Positions 36,646-47,525 of a stretch of DNA of 64,000 bases are shown here, in pieces. Source of the stretch: Candidatus Gastranaerophilales bacterium (lineage in GTDB: Bacteria > Cyanobacteriota > Vampirovibrionia > Gastranaerophilales > Gastranaerophilaceae); the NCBI GenBank assembly GCA_947631645.1, contig CANRMD010000006.1:1080-65079 (forward strand), written 5' to 3'. The number at the start of each line of letters is the position of its first letter. Within the stretch, counting starts at the first letter, position 1. Below the pieces are notes generated by a model. The model did not search any database. It saw nothing but the letters and a program-made list of their open reading frames with translations, and was not told the origin of the DNA. Made by a program: the position numbers and the translations under genes.

Positions 36646-37496
36646 TTTATTTCTTCTACCCCCTGTGCTATAGTTTCAAGATTTTCAAAAATTTCATATT
36701 TATTTTTATCTAAAGTTGTTTTTATTTCATTTTCAAGTACAAAAAATGTTGAGCCTGAGCCTGACATTAGTGAATTTTCGACATTTGTTTTTATTTCCCT
36801 TAATTCTTCATAATCCGGGAAAAGAGCATTTTCTAAACTGTTATAAATTAAATTTTTATCAAATTTTCCTTTTATTAAAAGTTCCTTTAACTTTTGAGTA
36901 TTATTCGGATTAGATTTATCTTTAAGCAGAGCAAATTTTGTGTAAGCTTCTTTTGCACTGATACCAAGGTTTTTAGGCTTTATTAAAGAAACACTTTGTT
37001 TATAAAAAGGTAATATTTGATGAACTTCGCCTCTTGAAGTGCATAATTGACAGCCTCCATATAAACAGAAATTAAGATCAGAGCCTAAAGAGGAGCATAA
37101 TTCTTCAATATCGTTTTCGGAAAAAATATTGTTATAAAGCTTATTTAAAGCATAAAAAGTACCCGCTCCGTTTGTACTTCCGCCTGCTAACCCCGCTGAT
37201 ACGGGAATATTTTTTTCTATATGTATTTTTAAAAATGCTTTTTTAATTTTTGCTTTTTCAAAGAAAAAATTCGCCGCTTTATAGACTAAGTTTGATTCGT
37301 TATAAGGTATTTCGTTATTGTTTCCGCTTAATTCAATTTTTAATTCATCAGCTTCATAAAGTTCAAATGTGAGGATATCATACAAATTTATTGTCTGCAT
37401 TATTGATTGGATATTGTGAAACCCGTCGGGGCGTTTATTTAGGACTTCCAAAGTAAGGTTAATTTTTGCGGGTGTTTTAACTTTTATTGTCTTCAT
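36642..37496 (-). CDS. ispE: 4-diphosphocytidyl-2-C-methyl-D-erythritol kinase
   Basis: PAKINLTLEV, DGFHNIQSIMQ and GHMP motif PVSAGLAGGSTNGA. 4-nt overlaps with both neighbours. Confidence 0.92.
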   Translation of the reverse strand: MKTIKVKTPAKINLTLEVLNKRPDGFHNIQSIMQTINLYDILTFELYEADELKIELSGNNNEIPYNESNLVYKAANFFFEKAKIKKAFLKIHIEKNIPVSAGLAGGSTNGAGTFYALNKLYNNIFSENDIEELCSSLGSDLNFCLYGGCQLCTSRGEVHQILPFYKQSVSLIKPKNLGISAKEAYTKFALLKDKSNPNNTQKLKELLIKGKFDKNLIYNSLENALFPDYEELREIKTNVENSLMSGSGSTFFVLENEIKTTLDKNKYEIFENLETIAQGVEEIK

Positions 37497-38329
37497 AAAT
37501 TTTCCTTTAGTTGTTCGGATAATTTCCCCATTTGTTTTATAGAAAGGGTTTCGCCTCTCAGATTTGCATTTATTTCTAACTCTGACAGAGTTTTTTCCAC
37601 CGCATTTTTAGCAAAACCTATATTTACAAGTGAATTTTTAATATTTTTTCGTCTTGTTGCAAAACAACTCTTTGTAACTTTTTTGAAAAATGTATAATTA
37701 GAAAGTTCAAGCAAAGGTTTATTTCTTACAGTCAATTTTACTATTGCCGAATCTACCTTAGGAGAGGGGAAAAAAGATTTAGACGGAACTTTTTGAATAA
37801 ATTTTACATCTGCCCAAAACTGTGCCAAAACCGATAAAAGGCCGAACTCTTTTGAAGGCGAATTTTCATTTGCGGTTAATCTTTTTGCCACTTCATATTG
37901 AACCATTAAAACCACTTGAGAGATACTGTTTCTGTTTTTGTTATTTAAGTCATCAACTTCTCCTAGCAAATGTGCAAGTATCGGAGATGTAATATAGTAG
38001 GGAATGTTAGCTACAACCTTGATATTTTGCCCGAAAGTTGATAAGTCCGTTTTTAAAATATCCTGATGAATGATTTCTATATTATCAGCTTCAATTTTAG
38101 ATAATTCATTAACCATATCTTCATCAAGTTCAACTGCATATACTTTTTTAGCCGATTTAACAAGATGTTCCGTAACGAACCCAAGCCCCGAGCCGATTTC
38201 AACTACAATATCATCTTTTGTTATATTTGATGTATCAAGAATAGTTTCTATAGCATGTTCATCAACTAAAAAATTCTGTCCGAGCCTTTTTTTTGCTCTG
38301 TATTTTTTTGCACGATCAAAGTAATTCAT
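37493..38329 (-). CDS. rsmA: 16S rRNA (adenine1518/1519-N6)-dimethyltransferase
   Basis: KRLGQNFLVD, EIGSGLGFVTEHL and ANIPYYITSPI motifs. Confidence 0.95.
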   Translation of the reverse strand: MNYFDRAKKYRAKKRLGQNFLVDEHAIETILDTSNITKDDIVVEIGSGLGFVTEHLVKSAKKVYAVELDEDMVNELSKIEADNIEIIHQDILKTDLSTFGQNIKVVANIPYYITSPILAHLLGEVDDLNNKNRNSISQVVLMVQYEVAKRLTANENSPSKEFGLLSVLAQFWADVKFIQKVPSKSFFPSPKVDSAIVKLTVRNKPLLELSNYTFFKKVTKSCFATRRKNIKNSLVNIGFAKNAVEKTLSELEINANLRGETLSIKQMGKLSEQLKENL

Positions 38330-38368
38330 AACTTTTATAATACTACAAAATATGATATTTTATAATTT

Positions 38369-38812
38369 ATGGACTGTTTTAAATATAATTCAAAAATTGG
38401 CGATATTTATATTCAGGCTGACGAAACTTGGCTGTATAGGGTTTCTTTTTCCCCTATAGAGGTAACAAAAAATAATCTGATAATAAAAGAAACTATAAAG
38501 CAGCTTGATGAATATTTTTTAGGAATACGAAAAACCTTTGAACTTCCGCTAAACCCAATTGGAACGGAATTTCAAAAAAAAGTCTGGAATGAACTAATGA
38601 AAATTCCATATGGTGAAATAAGGTCATATAAAGATATTGCAATAAATATAGAAAACCCGAATGCTTCAAGAGCAATAGGCAATGCAAATAATAAAAACCC
38701 TATTGCGATTATAATTCCTTGCCATAGAGTAATCGGGTCAAACGGAAACTTAACAGGATATGCCGGAGGACTTAATAAGAAACAATTGCTTTTAAATCTT
38801 GAAATGGCGTAA
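38369..38812 (+). CDS. ogt: Methylated-DNA--protein-cysteine methyltransferase
   Basis: Active-site IPCHRV, GNANNKNPIAIIIP and LTGYAGG. Confidence 0.92.
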   Translation: MDCFKYNSKIGDIYIQADETWLYRVSFSPIEVTKNNLIIKETIKQLDEYFLGIRKTFELPLNPIGTEFQKKVWNELMKIPYGEIRSYKDIAINIENPNASRAIGNANNKNPIAIIIPCHRVIGSNGNLTGYAGGLNKKQLLLNLEMA

Positions 38813-39165
38813 AATCACAATATTCACTCAAAAATTATTTAAAAATAAAAAACATATATTCTTAATTACCAAGAGCAAGAGAAATTCTGAATAATAACTA
38901 TATACTTACTTATATTCCTTTTAGACTTCTGTATTTTTGCAATGTTATATCCAAAAATTTCCTGTTTGCTTTATTATTTAACTTAATATTATTGTGAACA
39001 AAAATGTTATAATTGTACGCGGACTATTTGAGCACAAATAACATAAACCTAAATGCCGATTGAAAATCAGTTTAATAAGAAATGAGAACATAAATAAACT
39101 ATAGACTGCTAATCACATTCATTATCATAATGAGCTGCATACTTATGACGCAAATTTCTTGAATT

Positions 39166-39513
39166 TTAAACTTCTAAGACTTTTTCGGAAAATTTTATTG
39201 TCATATAAAATTGATAAAGTTTCCTTATATCAATCCTTTCACTATTTATTGCATCCACCAATTCTTTTTTTAACTCGTTTATGTCATCAAGATGTTTAAA
39301 ATTAAACAGTTCAAACGGTTCAACATTTAATGCCGATAATATTTTAGAAAGTGTTTCTGAGGTTACAAAATTATTTCCGCATTCAATTTTACTAAGATTT
39401 CTTTCTCCAACTCCTATTAATTCGGCAAGTTTTTCCTGGGTTAAACCTTTATTCATACGTATTTCTTTAATACGTCTGCCTAACAGTTTTTTAATATCTG
39501 TTTTATTATCCAT
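39166..39513 (-). CDS. XRE-family helix-turn-helix transcriptional regulator
   Basis: LGRRIKEIRMNKGLTQEKLAELIGVGERNLSKIECG is an HTH_3 motif. ATG 39513 has an AGAGGA RBS and is preferred over the ORF-track start at 39549. Confidence 0.85.
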   Translation of the reverse strand: MDNKTDIKKLLGRRIKEIRMNKGLTQEKLAELIGVGERNLSKIECGNNFVTSETLSKILSALNVEPFELFNFKHLDDINELKKELVDAINSERIDIRKLYQFYMTIKFSEKVLEV

Positions 39514-39669
39514 TGTTATCCTCTTATTTTTATAATAATTGACTAACAATTTTTAAATAACGTATTTTAAAACTCTAAAATAATTGACAAAGAGTTTTTA
39601 ATGACGAATAATAGAGTTTATAAATTCTATTTATTGTTTAAATTAAGTTTAAAAGACAGGGGAGACAAC

Positions 39670-40830
39670 ATGAACAATATTATAGCCAAATTGTTAACTC
39701 TTTTTTTACCATATAGCGATATGAGAAAAGAGTTTCGAAGAACACATGACTTAAAAATATTTTCTATTAAGAGTTTTAATGAATATTATATTAAAAATTA
39801 TTTGTTGAAAATTCAAAAGAATATAATTAAAAACAAATTAAATCCATTATATTTTGAATTTATGCAAAATCTGAATAAATTTACGTTTGAAGAAAATATA
39901 TCAACTATGGAGCAATACATTGTTGACAGAATACCCGATAAATTAATATATGGTTCAATATGTTATTTAGAACAGACAAATTCTGATAAAGAAATATTAT
40001 TATTAACCGATAAGGAAAATACTTACAATTGTAAAAAAATTAATATAAACGAAATTAGCAATTTTGCAGACAGTGAAAAATACATTTTTTTAGTTGCATA
40101 CAATAAAGATTATTTGGGATTAGAAGCAGCAAAAATAATTTCTGATTTGGGTTTAAAATATCAAGTTATTACTCAAGGTACGCCGACCTGTAAATATTAT
40201 CATACAGATAAATATGCTTATGAATGTTTAATGGATGAATGGATGAAAAAAGATAGAAAAGCTCATTTCAGTGCGTTAGATTTTGAAAATATTTTTCAGG
40301 CAATAAAGCAAACTCAAGATATTGAGGGTGATTTTGTAGAAATAGGAACATATCAAGGTGCTTCGGCAAGAGCCGCATTAAATTATATGAAAAGAGCAGG
40401 GATTAACAGAAAGGCTTATTTTTTTGATACTTATGAAGGATTTACTTATGAAGAAGCTCAAAACTCTGAAGATACCTATTGGAAAAATACACATACGGAA
40501 ACTTCCCTGCAGACTGTTAAAAACTTTTTATCGGAATATGATAATGCAAATTGTATAAAAAGCAATATTATCAAAGATGAATTGCCAAGCGAAATAAGTA
40601 AAATTGCGGTAGCAAACATTGATGTTGATATGTATGAAGCGGTTAAGGCTGCATTATACAAAGTAAAAGACAGAATTGTTCAATATGGTATAATTTTAGC
40701 TGAGGATTACGGGCATACACCATTTTTGCTTGGAGCAAATAAAGCTGTTAGTGAATTTTTAGAAGAAAATCCAAACCAATTTATATCAATTATTAGTTCG
40801 GCAGGACAAATGATAATGATAAAGAAATAA
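39670..40830 (+). CDS. Two-domain protein with unknown N-terminal domain and C-terminal TylF/MycF-type SAM-dependent methyltransferase
   Basis: GDFVEIGTYQGASA (motif I), FFDTYEGF and NIDVDMYEAVKAAL...ILAEDYGH resemble macrocin-O-methyltransferase-like enzymes. ATG 39670 has a GGGGAG RBS. Confidence 0.6.
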   Translation: MNNIIAKLLTLFLPYSDMRKEFRRTHDLKIFSIKSFNEYYIKNYLLKIQKNIIKNKLNPLYFEFMQNLNKFTFEENISTMEQYIVDRIPDKLIYGSICYLEQTNSDKEILLLTDKENTYNCKKININEISNFADSEKYIFLVAYNKDYLGLEAAKIISDLGLKYQVITQGTPTCKYYHTDKYAYECLMDEWMKKDRKAHFSALDFENIFQAIKQTQDIEGDFVEIGTYQGASARAALNYMKRAGINRKAYFFDTYEGFTYEEAQNSEDTYWKNTHTETSLQTVKNFLSEYDNANCIKSNIIKDELPSEISKIAVANIDVDMYEAVKAALYKVKDRIVQYGIILAEDYGHTPFLLGANKAVSEFLEENPNQFISIISSAGQMIMIKK

Positions 40831-40856
40831 AAAGAGCCTGTTAGGCTCTTTTTTTT
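40831..40856. terminator. Bidirectional intrinsic terminator between the methyltransferase gene and accB
   Basis: AAAGAGCCT-gtt-AGGCTCTTT followed by TTTTT, and preceded by an A-run. Confidence 0.75.
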
Positions 40857-40873
40857 ATATGTTTAATTTTTGT

Positions 40874-41332
40874 TTATTCAACGTACATAAGTACTTGCCC
40901 GAATTCAATACTGTCTCCGTTTTGAACACATATTTCGGTTATTTTACCCGAAACATCAGCTTCAATTTCGTTCATAAGTTTCATCGCTTCAATAATACAA
41001 ACGACCTGACCTATTGAAACCGAATCACCGACTTTAACAAACGGAGCATCATCAGGTGACGGAGCCGAATAAAACGTGCCAACCATTGGAGATGTAATCG
41101 GCTTACCTTTATGTTCGGAAGTTTCTTTGTTAGCTTCAGGTTTTGATTGTGGTACGCTTATTACTTGAGATGTAGCAGTAGCAGGTATTACAGCGGGAGT
41201 AACAGCCTGAACAATTTGTTTTTCACGTTTAAAACATACCGCTTTTTCTTCATCTTCTAAAGAAATTTCCGATAAATCATTTTCATATATAATATTTGCT
41301 AATTTTTCTAAGTATTCAAGATCAAATTTCAT
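40874..41332 (-). CDS. accB: Biotin carboxyl carrier protein (canonical EAMKLM motif)
   Basis: C-terminal biotinyl domain with [14 protein letters not shown] and a P/A/T-rich linker. Sits directly downstream of efp. Confidence 0.92.
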   Translation of the reverse strand: MKFDLEYLEKLANIIYENDLSEISLEDEEKAVCFKREKQIVQAVTPAVIPATATSQVISVPQSKPEANKETSEHKGKPITSPMVGTFYSAPSPDDAPFVKVGDSVSIGQVVCIIEAMKLMNEIEADVSGKITEICVQNGDSIEFGQVLMYVE

Positions 41333-41345
41333 TTTATAATAATCC

Positions 41346-41903
41346 CTAAACTCTGTCTAAATACTCATTTGTTCTTGTATCAACTCTGATTATTGTTCCT
41401 GTAGTAACGAAGAAAGGAACGTTAACAACAGCACCCGTTTCAAGTGTAGCTGGTTTTGTACCGCCTTGAGCAGTGTTACCCTTTTCAGCAGGAGGTGTAT
41501 CAACAACTTCCAGTTCTACAAAGTTAGGTATATCAATACCTATTATGTTTGTACCGTGAAGAAGTATTGCTACATTCATATTTTCTTTTAAATATTTAAC
41601 TCCGTCACCGATTTTATCAGCACCAACAGAGATTTGTTCATAAGTTTCCAAATCCATCATTACATAATCGTTACCTTCTTTATAAAGGTATTGCATATCT
41701 CTTTTATCTAAAGTAGCTTTAGCAACTTTTTCACCGGCTCTGAATGTTTTTTCAACAACGTTGCCTGTTTCAGCATTTTTTAATTTAGTTCTTACAAATG
41801 CTGCACCTTTACCGGGCTTTACGTGCATAAATTCTACTACATTCCATAGTCCGCCGTCTATATCAAGTGTCAGACCTGTTTTTAAATCATTTACCGAAAT
41901 CAT
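41346..41903 (-). CDS. efp: Elongation factor P
   Basis: [16 protein letters not shown] and full-length EF-P collinearity (185 aa). Confidence 0.96.
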   Translation of the reverse strand: MISVNDLKTGLTLDIDGGLWNVVEFMHVKPGKGAAFVRTKLKNAETGNVVEKTFRAGEKVAKATLDKRDMQYLYKEGNDYVMMDLETYEQISVGADKIGDGVKYLKENMNVAILLHGTNIIGIDIPNFVELEVVDTPPAEKGNTAQGGTKPATLETGAVVNVPFFVTTGTIIRVDTRTNEYLDRV

Positions 41904-41993
41904 TAATTTTTCCTTTTCTTAGATACTTTATCCGATTATATTTTCAACTATATCATAAAAGTTGAAAATATAATATTATTGTAACTATTTCTT

Positions 41994-42030
41994 AAAAAAC
42001 TGATTGGGTGTGCTTTAGCATACCCAATCA
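41994..42030 (-). terminator. Intrinsic terminator downstream of the autotransporter gene
   Basis: TGATTGGGT..ACCCAATCA stem (42001-42030). On the minus strand it is followed by GTTTTTT. Confidence 0.6.
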
Positions 42031-42063
42031 AATAATTTATTCATTTTAAAAGCTTCTTTGCGG

Positions 42064-45000
42064 CTATTTTTGTGTTGTCTTTGCCGCAGAGGGCTGGCAG
42101 AAGAAGTTAGAGAACTTTAACATCCAATTATAGATAAAGGAGTGATGTTCTTCGTTATCAGGCTGCTGAGATTTTGCCAAAGTTTTCGTTTTAATTTTAG
42201 CCGGAGTTTCAACCTTTGCCCCGGCTTCTGTCTTGACGGCAGGTTGTATAACCTCAGTTTTTAGGATAATTTCATTTGTTTGAACTTTTTCGGGAACCTT
42301 TGTTTCAACTTTAACAGGTTTTTCCGCTTTAATCTTTGACGGTTTTTCAGTTTTAACTCTAGCGGGCTTTTCCGCTTTAACCTTCTTAGATTTTTCGGTT
42401 TTAGTTACATTAGAAACGGTTTTAATATTATCATCCGTTTTAACTTTTTCAATTTTTTTACCGTCATCACCTAAAGCAATTCTAAAGCCCATAGTAAAGG
42501 CAATACCGTTTCTGCCGCCGCTTCTTGCCATAGCTTGTAAAAATCCCGTGTATTTATCGTTCCATAGTTTTTGAATACCAAGTCCGTATTCTGCGTATGG
42601 TTTAATGCTTAAAGCTGGAAGCTCAACGTTATTTCCGTATAAATCAGCAACTCTTATTTGTGTCTGCCCCATTACATTATATACAAAACCGCCTGCCAAG
42701 TACGGCTGCCACCCTGATTCTGTATTCTGTATAAATTTAACGTAAGGATGTACTTGAAGTGCGTGCAATGGTTCAGCGTTTATTCGTACGTTTGCTGCGT
42801 TTGTGTAATCAAATGTGTTAATAAAAGTGTAAGATAGTAATAAATTAGGCTGAATAATAAATCTGCCGTCATTAAACTCAAAATTATACCCTGTTTTAGA
42901 AGCAACACCGCCCATAAGCATTGTAAAATCTTCATTTCCGTACATAGTAGAAGTTTCACCTATAGATGAACCGACAGAAGCTGTGAGTGCGGTATAGAAA
43001 TTATTTTTATAGAAAGTATCGGTTATACCGCCTACAATACCGTTTTGATATGTATGGTTGCCCTGGTAGCTTTGGCTTGCCCCTGTATAACCTATATAGC
43101 CTGAATATACGCTGTCCCATCCGTTTTTCAGATGAAATACTTCGGTATCTCCGCCTATGTAAGAACCATATAAAACGGTGCTTGTTTTAGGCCCGTTTTT
43201 AAGCGGGATACTTTCAAACGAAGTATAGGGTCTGAACCAAAGGGCATTTTTATTTAGATGATTATTATATAAAGGAAGATTTCCTTCTGTTATTGCATAT
43301 TTATTTTGATTAAGCATAGCTTTTCTTACAGAAGCAGGTAATGCTGAAAAAGTATCGGCATGTTCAAACGCATAATTGTATGTTTGAACCATAGAAGCAT
43401 AACCGCCCGTTAGCTGAGCAACAGGACTTGCAAGGATAGCTGGGTTAAATCCTATTCTTGTGAATAAAAAATCACCTGTTGAACCTATAGAAGAAGTTTT
43501 TGTTGCTGCACCTGTCAAATAATCAACACCATATTGATAAATAGGGCCGTATGCTTTATTTACGGGTGAGTGAACTGTACCGGCAAAACTTGCGTCAGCA
43601 AAATTAACGGGAGTAACCAAATCAGTGCTGTCTGATAAAACTTTCATATCATTAACATTAATTGTTCCGCCTGAACTTGTTTCATAGCTTTCAGCTTTAA
43701 TTCTTCCCATTACCTTATCTGCAAGATTTACGTCAACGGAATCAATGTTTATAGTTCCGCCTTGTATATCAAATTTTCTGAAATTTAACTGAGTCAAACC
43801 AAAATTATTAATATTTAATGTTCCCGATTGCATATCAAGTGAGTTAGAGTTATTAAGAAATTTAACATCGAAAGCATTTGTTGTTACATCTTTATGTGTA
43901 ATATCGGCATTTAGAATGTTGTTATACAAATTAACTTCGCCTGCTTCATCACCTGTTATAGCAAGATTATACCCCACTTCGCCGTTAATTGTATCAAAGA
44001 AGTTAAATTTACCGCTTTTTTTGGCTGATAAGGTCAGAGTAACATCGTCTGCCTTACCGACATAAATAGCTTCACTTTCGCCGTTTGCTTTATTGTCTGC
44101 AAATTCAGAAACATAACCGTCTGCGGTTAATTTAAGTGATTTTTCGGTATATATAGCACCGCCGTGTGTTCCTGCAGTATTATTATAAAAGCTTGAGTTA
44201 TATATGCCTTTATTATCTGCTTCGCCTATTTTTCCGGCATTATATACTGCACCGCCTAAACTTGAAGCACTGTTGCTTACAAAATCACCGTGAATATTTC
44301 CTGTTTCGCCGGTATTGGCTAATGCACCGCCTTGACCACCTGTCTTACCGTTTGCGGAATTGGAAGAAAAATTACCTTCAATATTGCCTATTTTCGCTCC
44401 TTGGTTATAAATAGCACCGCCTGTTGCATTTTTTTCGCTTGAAATAGCTCTGTTTCCTATAAAATCACCCTTTAAATCACCGATTGTAGAACTTGAATAT
44501 TCTGCTGTATTATAATTGTAAATTGCACCGCCGAATGAATCATTAGCACCTTGTGAGTAGTTCTCAATAAAATCACCTGTTATATTACCGATTGTACTGT
44601 CACGGTTATCAATTGCACCGCCATGAGAGATATCACTTTCGGCAGAAGAATAGTTGCCTATAAAATCACCTGTTATATTACCGATTGATGCACCTGTGTA
44701 ATTATATACAGCACCGCCATGTGCATCCTGGTCTGATTTAGCATAATTTTCAATAAAATTACCTGTTATATTACCTATTTTCGCATCGTTTTCGTTAAAA
44801 ACAGCACCTCCGCTGGCTGTAACTTTTCCTTTCGCATAATTTTCGATAAAATTGCCCGTTATGTCACCTATTGTCCTTTCGCCTTCGGTACCATATCCGT
44901 CATTTTTAATTGCGCCGCCGCTTGCATAACCGTTTGTTGAATAAGCATAATTATAGGCAAAATTTCCTTCTATATCGCCTATTTTAGAATCGTAACTCAT

Positions 45001-45980
45001 AATAGCTCCGCCTAATGCATATCCTTCAGAGTATGTATAATTTCCTATGAAATTACCTGTAATATCACCTATTGTGCCAAAAACATTAGCTATTGCACCG
45101 CCTTCAGACTTGTTGTCACTGTTTGTTTCATTTTTTGTATAATTTCCGATAAAATCGCCTTTTATGCTTTCTATTTCTGCTTTGTTACCGTTAAATATAG
45201 CGCCGCCTCTTACCCAACCATTTATTGAACGGGCATAGTTATAGGCAAAATTTCCTTCTATATTGCCTATTTTAGCCTCCTTATCGATGCCGTCATTTGT
45301 AATGGCTCCGCCGAGTACATAATCACCATTGTCACTATATGCATAATTTCCTATGAAATTACCTTTAATATTACCCATTGTGCTATAAACATTAGCTATT
45401 GCACCGCCTTGAGAACCAGCTTTACTATATGTATAATTTCCTATGAAATCACCTTCAATATTACCTATTGAGCCCCACATATTGGCTATTGCACCGCCTT
45501 GAGCATTACCGTCAGCTTCTACACGGTTTCTTATAAAATCACCTTTAATATTAACATTTTCCATTTGAAATGCATTATTATAAACAGCTCCGCCTTGCTC
45601 TTGGCTGGTGCCATCAAAAGACAAATCTACAAATCCTTGATTTATTTCTTTGGTCTCGTTATTAATTTTTTCTCTTGTGTTCTTGTCTGCATCATAATGC
45701 ACTGTTATTTGAGCCTCTTGCTCATTTTCAGTTTTTTCTAAAGAATAATCCCCATTCTTGTCTTGTACCCATTTAAAATAAGCGGTAGCATCTCCGCCGG
45801 TACCGTAATCGGTTTTTTTCAAATAGGTATCTGGCCCTTCGGCATTTACGGGAAGAGAAGATAAGTTAAACACGGATACAATTGATACGGCAAGTAAAAG
45901 CCCAAAACCTGACCTAACCCCCTTAAATAAGCCTATTTTCGCTCCCCGGGGGGGGGAATTACAGGTTTAATTTTCTTCAT
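42064..45980 (-). CDS. Autotransporter-type outer-membrane protein with Pmp (GGAI / FxxN) repeats, frameshifted at a C9 tract as assembled
   Basis: More than 15 repeats of GGAI.N....IGNI.G.FI.NY, then a C-terminal beta-barrel-like region ending ...NGIAFTMGFRIAL, then a 135-aa K/E/P-rich tail. The RBS+ATG at 45980 is out of frame with the body because of the homopolymer at 45944-45956. The ORF track begins at GTG 45873. Confidence 0.8.
45944..45956 (-). repeat. Homopolymer block C9 followed by G4 on the coding (minus) strand
   Basis: The plus strand reads CCCC (45944-45947) and GGGGGGGGG (45948-45956). It lies between the start codon and the signal-peptide h-region of the autotransporter. Confidence 0.95.
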
Positions 45981-46361
45981 AATCTATCCTCAACTATTTT
46001 AAATTACAAGTAAAAAATTTTATATAAAATAACTATACAGCCAAACTATCTTTTTATACATCTTTCATTATAAACATTTTTTATAATATGTAAAGATTTA
46101 TTTAGTTTTTTATATCTCCGTTAAAAGTTGGATTTTTAACTTATATTTATATAATTACCTCAGATTACAAAAAATTAAACATTATTTTCTTTATGAGGGT
46201 TTAAATACAGTTGATAGCTGAGTGTGGCAAAGAATTATATAATATTGCGTTATACTTCAGCATAATTGGGAATCTTTTCGAGATGAAAGCAGCATATATC
46301 TGGTTGAACAGAGTATTTTGTAATTTTGATAATTGTAACTTATTTTTGTTACATTGATATT

Positions 46362-46763
46362 TTAGTGTTTTATTAAGGCTTCTATATTGCAGTTTTTCAA
46401 ACCTTTTTGCGTTATGCAAAGTTCCATTAATTCTATGTTTTTATTTATATACTCTTTAAATGTTATCTTTTCGTTTGTCTTATTTTGTTTTTTTTCAATA
46501 TTTAAAAGGGTTGTTTTTAATACCATTACTTTAAATCTTATATCATCAATTAAATTTAAAATATTATCCGTGACTATTTCTCCGGTATTTTGGGAAATTA
46601 CATCATTAATATAACTTGACATATTTTTGTATAAAAAATATAAATTTGAAACAATATCGAGTTTTTGAAACAAAATACAATTCTTGTAATCAGATATTAC
46701 AATTGCTTCAATGTATTTTTTAATACCTTCAATTTCCTTTTCAATTTTTTTATAATCACACAT
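46362..46763 (-). CDS. Hypothetical protein (133 aa)
   Basis: The ORF has an AAAGGA RBS 7 nt upstream of the ATG. Helical, K/I/N-rich, no family recognised. Confidence 0.45.
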   Translation of the reverse strand: MCDYKKIEKEIEGIKKYIEAIVISDYKNCILFQKLDIVSNLYFLYKNMSSYINDVISQNTGEIVTDNILNLIDDIRFKVMVLKTTLLNIEKKQNKTNEKITFKEYINKNIELMELCITQKGLKNCNIEALIKH

Positions 46764-46880
46764 ATCCAGTCCTTTTCCAGTTAAAATAAATTTAAATTTG
46801 TAATTTTAAAAGCCATTAATATTCATACTTTAATTCAAATTTTAAATTTATACTATTACCTTGGTGGGTAATCTATAAGG

Positions 46881-47525
46881 CTAATATTTAAAAGCAAAAT
46901 ATTGTAGCATTGGGTAATTGGTATGCCACAATTCTTCATTAGGTACATTTTCGGGAAGTTCAAGAGTAACGGTCGGAATATTTCTTTCAACGCCCGCAAA
47001 ATTGCCAAAACTTCCGGGGGTGGGGTAACCTATATCCGCTTGAACGGGATAGGCTGTTATTTTGGAAATTGTTTGAGCTAATTCTTTTGCGGGGCCGTCA
47101 TAGTTAACGATTTCAAAAGGTGCGTGAATTGAAATTATTGCATCAGGTTTATATTGTTCAAGCACTTCTATTATAAATTTTGTTTCGATTTCACTTGCAG
47201 GTTCTAATCCTCCAAAATATTCATTTTTATCGGTTAATTGCCAATTTTTTGTTGGGAAATTCCTGTTTAAATCAACTCTGTTTGAGTTTTGACGCTGATT
47301 TTTTGCCATACCATCAGGGTTTAAGCAAGGAAGTATCAATAATTTATTTTTAATTCCCGTTAAATCTGTTTTCATAAATTTATTAAGCAGATAATATCCT
47401 TGAGGTTCTTCACCATGAAAGACGCCTATCAGTAATATTTTTTTATCATATTCTTTATTTTGAGTTTCAAATAAAGTAATGGAATTTTTTTCTTTAGTTT
47501 TAGCAGATTTAACGGCTTTGAACAT
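46881..47525 (-). CDS. M14 zinc carboxypeptidase, murein peptide amidase (MpaA)-like
   Basis: HGEEPQG (HxxE), NPDG, NRVDLNRNFP and SIHAP motifs. Confidence 0.8.
   Translation of the reverse strand: MFKAVKSAKTKEKNSITLFETQNKEYDKKILLIGVFHGEEPQGYYLLNKFMKTDLTGIKNKLLILPCLNPDGMAKNQRQNSNRVDLNRNFPTKNWQLTDKNEYFGGLEPASEIETKFIIEVLEQYKPDAIISIHAPFEIVNYDGPAKELAQTISKITAYPVQADIGYPTPGSFGNFAGVERNIPTVTLELPENVPNEELWHTNYPMLQYFAFKY

Noticed and set aside
46201-46419. 72-aa minus-strand ORF overlapping the 3' end of the 133-aa hypothetical gene
   Set aside because: It overlaps the better-supported ORF 46362-46763 in another frame, has no RBS, and shows no family similarity.
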